Below, piece after piece: positions 1 through 8,769 of a DNA stretch of 34,805 nt. Under the pieces are notes generated by a model, which saw nothing but the letters and a program-made list of their open reading frames with translations, ran no database searches and was not told the DNA's origin. Numbering within the stretch: position 1 is the stretch's first letter; every line of letters starts with the position of its first letter. The DNA is from Candidatus Sysuiplasma jiujiangense. Lineage in GTDB: Archaea; Thermoplasmatota; Thermoplasmata; Sysuiplasmatales; Sysuiplasmataceae. The stretch spans positions 62,001-96,805 of the forward strand of contig JAHEAD010000008.1 in NCBI GenBank assembly GCA_019721075.1, given 5' to 3'. The translations under genes and the position numbers were made by a program.

Positions 1-297
1 GGGATTTTTTCCTTCATTCTTGACAAACAGTTCTTCGATCCCCATAACCTCTGCCAGGTTTTCAGCGTAATGAAGCGGTGTACCGCCTTCTGACAGGGAG
101 ACTATCTTTTCCTCATCTACCTGGGGGAGAAGTGCGGAATAGCGCCACAAATTGAAATCCTGCGGCGGCGGCAGCAAACTGCTTACCTTAACCTCACCCT
201 CGCTCATCCATTCGAGCAGCCCTCCGCATTTCTTGCATGACAGAAGTACAGATGAGGCTGAAATGACAGTCGAGCAGTCAAGGCAGATGAAATTCAT
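1..297 (-). CDS. thrC: Threonine synthase, N-terminal part (runs off the window edge; not in the supplied ORF track)
   Basis: Manual translation of the reverse strand from ATG at 297: MNFICLDC...CKKCGGLL...NLWRYSALLP...IVSLSEGGTPL...LFVKNEGKNP. This shows the N-terminal Zn-ribbon, the WRY and SLxEGxTPL motifs, and KxEGxNP immediately before the PLP-binding TGSFKDR motif. Confidence 0.9.
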   Translation of the reverse strand, partial: MNFICLDCSTVISASSVLLSCKKCGGLLEWMSEGEVKVSSLLPPPQDFNLWRYSALLPQVDEEKIVSLSEGGTPLHYAENLAEVMGIEELFVKNEGKNP

Positions 298-873
298 TTC
301 AGCACCGTGTTTACCGGAAAGCGGAAAGACTACGGTATTTTAAAAGATTGTATCGAATCGATGACAGCACGGTATAATTTTCAGCATAAGGCAATAAACC
401 GAAGGAATCGTGACGGATCCCGGTTTTGCAGTGAACGTACCAGATCAATTCACGGACCGGGCAGTGGCAATGTCACGGAAGCGCGATGACCTGCTGATTT
501 ATACCTGCTGCGGTCAAATATGTCATCAGCTCCCAGCGGCACACTTGCAGGTAACAATCAGTCACGGCTTCGCATCTTCAGGCCAGCGGTTGCGCTGCCT
601 GGTGCTTTGCTGTTCAGACGCCTATGGAACAGCTACTGACATCCTGTTTTATGGAAGGGATTAATGAACCTTCATAGCTGAATGCATAATTATTGCAGCG
701 CCGGAGACAAAAACAGAGCGGGAACCAAATAGGGTGCAGGCAATGTGCTTTTGCCTCTGCAGAGACAAAAGAACGACACATACAATTGAACTGCCAGAGC
801 GTACAGGTCAAATTGTGGCAGAGTCTCGATGTCCAAAGTTTAATAGCGACTGTTGCTTTTCGTGTGTTGAAAG

Positions 874-1572
874 GTGATACAGACGACAAAATTGACCTGG
901 CTGGGCCATTCCGCATTTCTGCTTGAAGGAAAGAACAGAATACTGTTTGACCCGTTTATTTCCGGGAATCCTGTTGCAAAATCCAGGCCCGCCGAGATAA
1001 AAACCGATATCGTTTGTGTTTCGCATGGCCACGGCGATCACGTGGGCGACTCTGTAGACATTGCAAAGAGAAACAAGGCCCCAATTGCGTCAATTTTCGA
1101 ACTGGCTGTTAGATTTGATTCTCAGGGAGCCAAAGTGGAACAGATGAATATCGGCGGCGGCGTCAGAATTATGGATAGCAGCATAAACATGGTAAATGCT
1201 CTGCACTCGTCTGATGTATTTGAGGGGGAAGCGCTTCAGACAGGCGGTTCGCCGGCCGGTTTTGTGGTGGAAAGCGGCGTCACTGTTTATCATGCGGGGG
1301 ACACGGGATACTTCGGCGATATGAAATGGATAGGAGACTTCTACAGGCCGAAGGTTGCAATACTACCGATTGGAGATCGATTCACGATGGGGATCAGAGA
1401 GGCTGCGTTTGCTTCATCGGTTATTGCGCCGGAAATCGTGATTCCTATGCACTACAGTACGTTTCCCGCAATACAGCAGGATCCGTCGAAGTTTGAGGAG
1501 GAGGTCAGGCGGATCAGCTCTGGAAATATAAGGGTAAAGGTTATGAAGGTCGGCGAGACAATAGAGCTCTGA
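874..1572 (+). CDS. UPF0173-type metal-dependent hydrolase (metallo-beta-lactamase fold)
   Basis: WLGHSAF, DPFI, SHGHGDH (HxHxDH), YHAGDT, LPIGDRFTM and PMHY motifs. Confidence 0.9.
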   Translation: MIQTTKLTWLGHSAFLLEGKNRILFDPFISGNPVAKSRPAEIKTDIVCVSHGHGDHVGDSVDIAKRNKAPIASIFELAVRFDSQGAKVEQMNIGGGVRIMDSSINMVNALHSSDVFEGEALQTGGSPAGFVVESGVTVYHAGDTGYFGDMKWIGDFYRPKVAILPIGDRFTMGIREAAFASSVIAPEIVIPMHYSTFPAIQQDPSKFEEEVRRISSGNIRVKVMKVGETIEL

Positions 1573-1583
1573 AAGGATATCCA

Positions 1584-2402
1584 ATGAGCCAGGATCGCCA
1601 GACGAAAGGAGATATGTCGACAGCAAGAGGCATAGCAAAGGCCATTGCCGACACGGCCTACAGCGCTTATGAAAAGCGTCTCCTGGCGGAAGTGAGGAAA
1701 TTCCCTGTTCCAAGGCATGTGGCTGTAATAATGGACGGCAACAGGCGATATGCGGAAGAAATGGAATTGCTGCAGAATGAAGGGCACAGGAGGGGCAAGG
1801 ATAAACTGGAGCAAATGCTTGACTGGTGTCTGCTGCTGGATATCAGGGTGCTGACTGTCTATGCATTTTCCACGGAAAACATGAAGCGGAACAGCGACGA
1901 GGTAGAATCGCTGATGAATATGTTTGAGGAGAATTTCAAAAAGGTGGGGGATGATGCGCGAGTGCACAGGCATCACATACGGATAAGGGCCATAGGGCAG
2001 ATCGAGCTGCTGCCCGATAAAGTACAGAGGGCGATACGCTATGCCGAAGAGAGAACGAGATCCTACACCGACTATACGTACAACATTGCAGTGGCTTACG
2101 GAAGCAGGCAGGAGATCATAACAGCCATAAAGCAGATAGCAAGGAAGGCAACTGCCGGCGAAATCACTATAGACGACATAGATGAAAAATTAATGTCAAA
2201 ATTCCTCTACACGGACGGACTTCCCGACCCTGACCTTGTATTGAGGACGTCGGGTGAAGAAAGGATTTCAAACTTCCTCCTCTGGCAGGCTGCCTACAGC
2301 GAACTCTATTTCAGTGATGTATACTGGCCGACATTCAGCCTTCTTGATTTTCTCAGGGCCATACGCTCCTATCAGCTAAGGCGGAGGAGATTCGGAAGCT
2401 GA
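1584..2402 (+). CDS. uppS: cis-prenyltransferase (undecaprenyl/polyprenyl diphosphate synthase)
   Basis: HVAVIMDGNRRYA, YAFSTEN, RTSGEERISNFLLWQ and C-terminal RRFG motifs. Confidence 0.95.
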   Translation: MSQDRQTKGDMSTARGIAKAIADTAYSAYEKRLLAEVRKFPVPRHVAVIMDGNRRYAEEMELLQNEGHRRGKDKLEQMLDWCLLLDIRVLTVYAFSTENMKRNSDEVESLMNMFEENFKKVGDDARVHRHHIRIRAIGQIELLPDKVQRAIRYAEERTRSYTDYTYNIAVAYGSRQEIITAIKQIARKATAGEITIDDIDEKLMSKFLYTDGLPDPDLVLRTSGEERISNFLLWQAAYSELYFSDVYWPTFSLLDFLRAIRSYQLRRRRFGS

Positions 2403-3326
2403 AACGCGATCGTCGGCTAAAATCTTCCTGAGTCTTGAACCGTAAAACAGATATTCCTGAGCGTATCCCGCAAATCTTCCGAAATGTTCCATTGCCCATT
2501 CCCTCACTTTCCGAATAGGCACAGTTCTGCCGTCAAAATAGAGCAGTTCCACGCCTCTCTTTACCCAGCGGTCAACAGGGAAGGCTTCAAGCTTGTCCAT
2601 CGAGAAAAGCAGGACACAATCTGCAACCTTGGGTCCGACACCGTTGAATTCGTTCAGTATTTCAAATGCCCTGTCGTAATCCATCCTTCTGAGCGAGCTG
2701 AGGTCTATCCCCTCATCCCTTACCTTTTTCGCAGCATCTGCCAGATACCTCGATCTGAAGCCCAGTTTCATCGACCGTAATTCAGATTCCCGCGCATTGG
2801 CCAGTGCATCTATTGTGGGAAATGTCCAGAAAGTTCTGCCTTCATAATGCACTTCATCGCCGTAACGAGAAGAGAGCCTTTCAACGTCTCCTCTTATTTT
2901 CGGTATGTTGGAATTTATTGAGCAAATGTAGGATGCGAGGCATTCCCACGGGTCCTGCCTCATAAGACGCAATCCCGCGTATTTCCTCAGTGCCGCTTCT
3001 ATATTGTCATCCCTGGAAATCTCTTCCATTATTGTTTTGATGTTGTCGTCAAATCTGAATAATTCTCCGATCGCACCAAGCACGCCGAAATATCCTGTAT
3101 CGGGGCTCATTGAAACCATCAGTTCGTTCGCTCTCTGTCTTATCTTCAGTATTCTGCGCCCCTGAACGCAGTAGTAGTAGGAACCCGTTCTGTTCCATCT
3201 GAAGGCCTGCCCGCACTCAACCGTCAGCTTTAGATTGAACGGTTCCAAAACATTTACAGAGATGTGTTTTCCGCTTCCATGCTGCTCGGCAGAGTCGGAG
3301 TTTTCTGTTCGAGAGAGGGACTTCAT
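2376..3326 (-). CDS. 8-oxoguanine DNA glycosylase/AP lyase (OGG1-like; OGG_N plus HhH-GPD)
   Basis: N-terminal CGQAFRW, QDPWECLASYICS, HhH GVGPKVADC with catalytic Lys, FPVD, and AGYAQEYLF. Exact start uncertain. Confidence 0.88.
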   Translation of the reverse strand: MKSLSRTENSDSAEQHGSGKHISVNVLEPFNLKLTVECGQAFRWNRTGSYYYCVQGRRILKIRQRANELMVSMSPDTGYFGVLGAIGELFRFDDNIKTIMEEISRDDNIEAALRKYAGLRLMRQDPWECLASYICSINSNIPKIRGDVERLSSRYGDEVHYEGRTFWTFPTIDALANARESELRSMKLGFRSRYLADAAKKVRDEGIDLSSLRRMDYDRAFEILNEFNGVGPKVADCVLLFSMDKLEAFPVDRWVKRGVELLYFDGRTVPIRKVREWAMEHFGRFAGYAQEYLFYGSRLRKILADDRVSASESPPP

Positions 3327-3469
3327 TCACCTCTCAGTAATGGACACAGGTAATAAAGGAATTCTCAGAACCGCTCGGTACCGGAAACGGGACTGAAATA
3401 ATTCACATGAATAAATACAGGTATTGTACTATTGAACCGACATGAACGGACACGGATGGAGAGCCTGAA

Positions 3470-4627
3470 ATGAGGAAGGTGTTTGTCGTAGGAAGCTCAA
3501 TGTCAAAATTCGGAAGGATGAATGAAACAGGAAGGGAATCGCTAGCAACTGTCTCACTTAATGCAATAAATGACGCCGGAATAGAACCTACTGAAATCGA
3601 TTCGACATTTTATTCCAATGCATTCGGCATCACCGAAGGGCAGCTGCATGTGGGGCCGCTGATCAATTCGGCCCTGGGCATTCCCGAAGTGCCTTCAGTG
3701 ACTGTGGAAAGCGCCTGCTCGAGCTCCTCTGCAGCGCTACATGAGGCTTATGTGCACGTGGCAAGCGGTCAGGATGAAGTCTGTCTCGTTGCCGGAGGGG
3801 AAAAGCTGAGCCACCTTGACACTCTTTCAGCCACAACATATTTTGCAATGGGTTCCGATTTTTCATTTGAAGCCAGCAGCGGTGTTACTTTCCCGGGTCT
3901 GTATGCCAGTATGGCCATTGCACATATGAAAAAATACGGCACAACACAGAATATGCTCGGTGCAGTTGCCATCAAGAATCATGAAAACGCTGCCAAAAAT
4001 CCGCTAGCCCATTTCCACAAGAGGATAACAATGGAGAATTATCTCGAGTCTCCGGTTGTCGCATACCCCTTCCATCTTTACGACTGTTGCCCGTTTTCCG
4101 ACGGATCAGCCGCAGTTGTGATTGCTTCGGAGGAAAAGGCGAGGAAACTCACGCAGGAACTCGTGGAAATCATGTCCAGCGAAAGGGCTGGAAGTGCCGC
4201 CACTTTGCAGGACAGGAATGACATCACCCATCTGGAAGGAGCGTCCAAAGCTGCAGAAAGGGCTTTTTCCAGGGCACATCTGCAACCAGCGGATGTTGAT
4301 GTTGCTGAAGTCCACGATTGTTTCACGATAGCAGAAATTATTGCTACAGAGGATATCGGCTTCTTCAGGAAGGGCTGTGGAGGGAAGGCAGCAGAGGAGG
4401 GGGAAACGGCCATAGGAGGAAGAATAGCCGTTAATCCCTCCGGAGGGCTGAAGGCCAAAGGACATCCTGTCAGCGCAACAGGCGTTGCGCAGATACATGA
4501 GATTTACGAGCAGCTCACCGGGAAGGCCGGCCAGAGGCAGGTTAAAGGCGCAGAGATAGGACTTGCACACAATGTGGGGGCAACGGGCGGTTCCTGTTCC
4601 ATACACATACTGGGAAGAAGAAGGTGA
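3470..4627 (+). CDS. Thiolase (SCP2/archaeal type, acetyl-CoA C-acyltransferase)
   Basis: ESACSS catalytic Cys, EVHDCF, NPSGGLKAKGHP and AHNVG motifs. Confidence 0.93.
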   Translation: MRKVFVVGSSMSKFGRMNETGRESLATVSLNAINDAGIEPTEIDSTFYSNAFGITEGQLHVGPLINSALGIPEVPSVTVESACSSSSAALHEAYVHVASGQDEVCLVAGGEKLSHLDTLSATTYFAMGSDFSFEASSGVTFPGLYASMAIAHMKKYGTTQNMLGAVAIKNHENAAKNPLAHFHKRITMENYLESPVVAYPFHLYDCCPFSDGSAAVVIASEEKARKLTQELVEIMSSERAGSAATLQDRNDITHLEGASKAAERAFSRAHLQPADVDVAEVHDCFTIAEIIATEDIGFFRKGCGGKAAEEGETAIGGRIAVNPSGGLKAKGHPVSATGVAQIHEIYEQLTGKAGQRQVKGAEIGLAHNVGATGGSCSIHILGRRR

Positions 4628-5001
4628 ACGGCGTGCAGTCTATTTCTGATTTTGAGCAAAATATCAGAGCAGGAAGACTTGTTGGTTACGTTTGCGGGCA
4701 GTGCGGCCACAGAGGTCTGACCTTCACTCTTCTGTGCCCCCGATGCCATTCTGAAAAACTATCGCCTTTCACATTCAAGGGGAGCGGCACAGTACGGACA
4801 TACACATTGCTCAGCGTGCCATCTGAAAAATTCGTGGAGGATGCACCGTATGCATATGTGGTTGTTGACCTTGATGAAGGTGGCAGCACATCCGGCTGGA
4901 TGGCGGAGGTGCATTCACCTGCTGAAATAGCTGTGGGAGACAGAGTTGTTTTTGCACGAGATGGGAAAAAGGGGATCGCGTTCCAGAAAGAGAGCCATTA
5001 G
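4624..5001 (+). CDS. DUF35-type Zn-ribbon/OB-fold protein (thiolase partner)
   Basis: CGQC...CPRC Zn ribbon, G.V.TYT and PY..V.LDEG OB-fold motifs; 4-bp GTGA overlap with the thiolase stop. Confidence 0.9.
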   Translation: MNGVQSISDFEQNIRAGRLVGYVCGQCGHRGLTFTLLCPRCHSEKLSPFTFKGSGTVRTYTLLSVPSEKFVEDAPYAYVVVDLDEGGSTSGWMAEVHSPAEIAVGDRVVFARDGKKGIAFQKESH

Positions 5002-5109
5002 CGGAAAAAGGCACAATTCAGGTCATTGAATCCGCACGGGAAATATGTCTTCTTCCGGGAGTTATTAATTAATTGTTGTCCATCTGGCCTACCGGGAGAT
5101 GATAACAGT

Positions 5110-6081
5110 ATGCTCAATGCAAAGAAAATAGGGGTCATCGGCGCAGGAACAATGGGCTCGGCGATAGCAGAGCTGTTTGCATTCAATGGGATGGAAGTAA
5201 CACTGAAGGATGTAAACGACGGACTTGTTCGGAAAGGCATGAAAAATATCGACAGGATACTGTCTGATCTTGTTTCCTTTCAATCGGGGAGAGCATCGGG
5301 ACAGATAAGGAAAATAGAGGAACTTGGTGTAAAACTCACCGAAGAGCAGAAAGGGTCCGTAAGGGCGTCACTCAAACCGTTGTATTCGGAAAAGGAAAAA
5401 AATGAAATTCTGGCAAGAATACACGGTTCAACGTCCTATGACGATCTCAGGGATGCCGATCTCGTAATTGAGGCTGCCTTTGAAGATATCGGTGTCAAGA
5501 AGAAGATATTCGGCGAAATGGAAAGTGTTGCGCCGGAAAGCGCAGTTCTGGCATCCAATACATCCTCCATATCAATTACAGCCATAGCTTCATCGACAAA
5601 TACAAGGCACAGGGTTATCGGCATGCATTTCTTCAACCCGCCGTATACCCTGCCTCTTGTGGAAATAATCCCCGGAATCGATACAGCTGAGGAGACTGCA
5701 GCAAAGGTCGTTGACCTGATCAGAAGCATGAAGAACCACAGGTACCAGATGGTGCCTATCAGGGTCAGGGAATCCCCGGGCTTCCTGGTGAACAGGCTCC
5801 TTGTCCCCATGCTGAACGAGGCATGCTTCCTCCTCGAGGAGGGCATAGCCTCCGCCGGTGACATAGATACGGCAATGAAAAAAGGTGCAGGGCTGCCCAT
5901 GGGACCGCTTGAGCTGGCAGACATGGTCGGAGTGGACATCTCGTACAATGTCTCGAAGGTTCTGTACGACGAATTCTGTGACTCCAAGTACAGACCATCA
6001 CCGCTGCTTAAAAGAATGGTTGATGCGGGAAGACTGGGAAGGAAGACCGGAAAGGGATTTTTTGACTATTCCTCACAGTGA
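5110..6081 (+). CDS. 3-hydroxyacyl(butyryl)-CoA dehydrogenase
   Basis: GVIGAGTMG NAD motif, IEAAFE, ASNTSS, GMHFFNP, PGFLVNR, PMGP and LGRKTGKGF motifs. Start moved from 5026 to the ATG at 5110. Confidence 0.93.
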   Translation: MLNAKKIGVIGAGTMGSAIAELFAFNGMEVTLKDVNDGLVRKGMKNIDRILSDLVSFQSGRASGQIRKIEELGVKLTEEQKGSVRASLKPLYSEKEKNEILARIHGSTSYDDLRDADLVIEAAFEDIGVKKKIFGEMESVAPESAVLASNTSSISITAIASSTNTRHRVIGMHFFNPPYTLPLVEIIPGIDTAEETAAKVVDLIRSMKNHRYQMVPIRVRESPGFLVNRLLVPMLNEACFLLEEGIASAGDIDTAMKKGAGLPMGPLELADMVGVDISYNVSKVLYDEFCDSKYRPSPLLKRMVDAGRLGRKTGKGFFDYSSQ

Positions 6082-6213
6082 ACGTGGCAACGGTAATTTC
6101 ATGCATCACGGCAAGACGCATTCATATGGAGGGAAATGCAGATTTTGCACATCGATTTATACAGAAGAAGATACAGGAGAAGGCGCTTACATCAATACTG
6201 GAAGGTGAAATGA

Positions 6214-7407
6214 TTGGTTGATTTCTCATTTTCCGAAGAACAGGAATTGCTGAGGGAAAGTGCAAGGAAATTTTTCGAGACGGAGCTTAGACCGCTTTCC
6301 GCCCAGATCGACAGGGAAGCCAGATTCCCTTCTGAAATCATAAGCAGGATGGCGGGAATGGGATACATGGGAGTGCCAATTCCGGAGGAGTACGGCGGAG
6401 CCGGTCTTGGAAAAACGGGGTACTGCATTCTTCTCGAGGAGCTTGGCCGTGTGGATGCTTCTGTGTGCACAATCCTCAGCGCACACTGTTCACTAGGAAG
6501 CATCCCGCTGCTCTACTTTGGAAATGAGGAACAGAAACAGAAATACCTAATACCGGCAGCAAAGGGGACAACCCTGCACTCTTTCAATCTTTCAGAACCG
6601 GGCGCCGGTTCAGATGCTTCATCCATACAGACAACGGCGACAAAGGAGGGGCATAGCTACGTGATTAACGGCACAAAGCTCTGGGCAACTAACGGAAAGG
6701 AGGCAGATGTCTACATTGTTTTTGCCGCCACCGCCAGAAAACAGGGTGCCGCCGGTGGATTGACCGCATTCATTGTCGAAAGGAAATTTGGTGGTATCAA
6801 ATTCGGGAGAGAAGAGGAAAAGATGGGAATCAGGGGAAGCAGCACTATGCAGCTGTTCTACGACAACGTTAGCGTCCCAGAGGAGAATGTTCTTGGCAGG
6901 ATCGGAGATGGCTTCAGGATCGCTATGACAACACTGGATGTCGGGAGGATTACGCTTTCAGCAGGTTCCCTGGGTGCATCATCCAGGGCAATAGAGCTTG
7001 CTCTTGCATACGCAAAAAACAGGATACAGTTCGGCAGGTCTATCGCGGAATTTCAGGCTATCCAGTTCAAGCTTGCAGAAATGGGGATAAGGACGGAAGC
7101 ACTCCGTTACTTCCTATACAACGTAGCTGCAAGAGCGGATGCTTTGGGAACGGACGTTTCCGCGTGGCCGAAAAGCAAAAGGGAGGATCTTACCAGGGAA
7201 GCAGCCATGCTCAAAACATTTGCAAGTGAAACAGCCTCTTTCTGTGTGGATGAATCGCTTCAGATACATGGCGGAACAGGATTCATCAAAACCTCCGAGA
7301 TTGAAAGAATGTACAGGGATGCCCGTATTGCCGAAATATACGAGGGAACAAATGAAATACAGAGAATGGTCATCGGCCGGGATATGGCAAGAAGAGGATG
7401 GCACTGA
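6214..7407 (+). CDS. Acyl-CoA dehydrogenase
   Basis: LSEPGAGSD, NGTKLW, KMGIRGS, RIQFG..I..FQ, QIHGG and IYEGTNEIQ motifs; GGTGA SD upstream of a TTG start. Confidence 0.95.
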   Translation: MVDFSFSEEQELLRESARKFFETELRPLSAQIDREARFPSEIISRMAGMGYMGVPIPEEYGGAGLGKTGYCILLEELGRVDASVCTILSAHCSLGSIPLLYFGNEEQKQKYLIPAAKGTTLHSFNLSEPGAGSDASSIQTTATKEGHSYVINGTKLWATNGKEADVYIVFAATARKQGAAGGLTAFIVERKFGGIKFGREEEKMGIRGSSTMQLFYDNVSVPEENVLGRIGDGFRIAMTTLDVGRITLSAGSLGASSRAIELALAYAKNRIQFGRSIAEFQAIQFKLAEMGIRTEALRYFLYNVAARADALGTDVSAWPKSKREDLTREAAMLKTFASETASFCVDESLQIHGGTGFIKTSEIERMYRDARIAEIYEGTNEIQRMVIGRDMARRGWH

Positions 7408-7446
7408 TTCGTACACATTCGGAGCATAAATGATCGTGGTGATAAA

Positions 7447-7854
7447 TTGGAGAGAATAATGAAGATCCAGGCGCTGCTCTACAATGCAGCCGAAAGCATG
7501 GAGTATCTGCTGCTGAGGAGACCAGAGAGCAGAGGAGGAATGTGGGGACCGGTGACAGGTCATGTCGAAAAGGGCGAAAAACTCCTGGATGCGCTACAGA
7601 GAGAAATAGAGGAGGAGACAGGCATTGGAGAGCTGGCATACATCATTGATCTGCGCGTTCCATTCGAATTCACGAAAGATAATACTAAAATTGAAGAACA
7701 TTCCTTTGGCGTCCAGACAGGAACCAGGGAAGTTCGAATTTCGGAAGAGCATGTCGAATATGCATGGCTGCCCTATAAACAGGCGGCGGAAAGACTGAAC
7801 TGGCCAAATCAGAAGACATCGCTTCAGGTACTGAATGACATGATTAACCTCTGA
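7447..7854 (+). CDS. NUDIX hydrolase
   Basis: Nudix box GHVEKGE..DALQREIEEETGI and SEEH..YAW. Start could be the ATG at 7459. Confidence 0.9.
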   Translation: MERIMKIQALLYNAAESMEYLLLRRPESRGGMWGPVTGHVEKGEKLLDALQREIEEETGIGELAYIIDLRVPFEFTKDNTKIEEHSFGVQTGTREVRISEEHVEYAWLPYKQAAERLNWPNQKTSLQVLNDMINL

Positions 7855-7918
7855 ATCAGGTCACTCTTGTTGCCCCGTGACAGTCCAGCCTGGACTGAAA
7901 TGCAGATTTCGACCACAA

Positions 7919-7926
7919 TTTATAAA
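7919..7926 (+). promoter_or_regulatory. Candidate archaeal TATA box for the 8033-11508 gene pair
   Basis: TTTATAAA in the intergenic region upstream of the membrane-protein gene. Confidence 0.4.
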
Positions 7927-8032
7927 TTATCAAGATTGATAGCAACATTAGTCTGGCAGCTGGCAAAGACGTCTTCGTTCTTTGGAAGGAAGGTGGGATG
8001 CATGCTCTCTGCAGACGCCGGATCGTGCTGAT

Positions 8033-8755
8033 ATGAAAACAGGATACAGGGCGCTGATTGGTGCTATCGTTGCAATTTTGGTTCTAGCCGCAGCTGGCGC
8101 CATTCATCTCGAGGCATATCTTTCAATTCTTATTGCTTCGCTCCTTGCCGGTGCAATCGTATCGGAGAGGGTCAGGATTGCCAGCGCGTTTTCCATGGCC
8201 CTTGTTTTCAGCATTCTGTCGCTGGCTGCACTGCTCTACTGGCAGCATTTATTTGTTTCCTTCCCTTTTTTGGAGATCCCATTCACCGTTACCATTTCCC
8301 CGTATATTGCCGCGTCCGGTTCCTCCCAGGAGATTTTTCAGCTCGGGTATGAAATTGCGGTCACGCTTCTTGGAGGAACAATCGGTGCAGTCGCCACCCA
8401 TTTCTTTATTGACATTTTAAAGAAACAGGGTAACGCTGCCGAGAGCGGGGAAACAGAAATTGACAGGCTGAGCAAGAAGCTTGAAATGCTCACCAAGGAG
8501 AGGGAGAAACTGGAGGAGGAATTGAGAGTATGTGAAATGATAGAACAGGGGGCTAAGACCCGTATAGCAAAGAATGAGATTACTCAGAATGACTACGAAT
8601 CCATAATCTACCGCAACGACAACTACAGAATGAAACTGAAGGGAAGGATGGAGAAGGTAAATTCTGAAATACAGCAGCTCAGGGTGGATATAGAGGCGAG
8701 ACAGAAGGCAGTGGCTGGGACGGGATTTTCAAAGGGTCCTGCCAAAACCGGCTGA
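8033..8755 (+). CDS. Hypothetical membrane protein: about 4 N-terminal TM helices plus a C-terminal coiled coil with a SHOCT-like motif
   Basis: Hydrophobic N-terminal half; charged heptad-rich C-terminal half (LSKKLEMLTKEREKLEEEL); KNEITQNDYE. Start set at ATG 8033. Confidence 0.75.
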   Translation: MKTGYRALIGAIVAILVLAAAGAIHLEAYLSILIASLLAGAIVSERVRIASAFSMALVFSILSLAALLYWQHLFVSFPFLEIPFTVTISPYIAASGSSQEIFQLGYEIAVTLLGGTIGAVATHFFIDILKKQGNAAESGETEIDRLSKKLEMLTKEREKLEEELRVCEMIEQGAKTRIAKNEITQNDYESIIYRNDNYRMKLKGRMEKVNSEIQQLRVDIEARQKAVAGTGFSKGPAKTG

Positions 8756-8769
8756 GGGATGAGACAAAT

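Noticed and set aside
152..926. Short ORFs 152-343, 307-489, 410-664, 614-916 and 693-926
   Set aside because: No recognisable motifs; some overlap thrC or the MBL hydrolase, and the composition is not protein-like.
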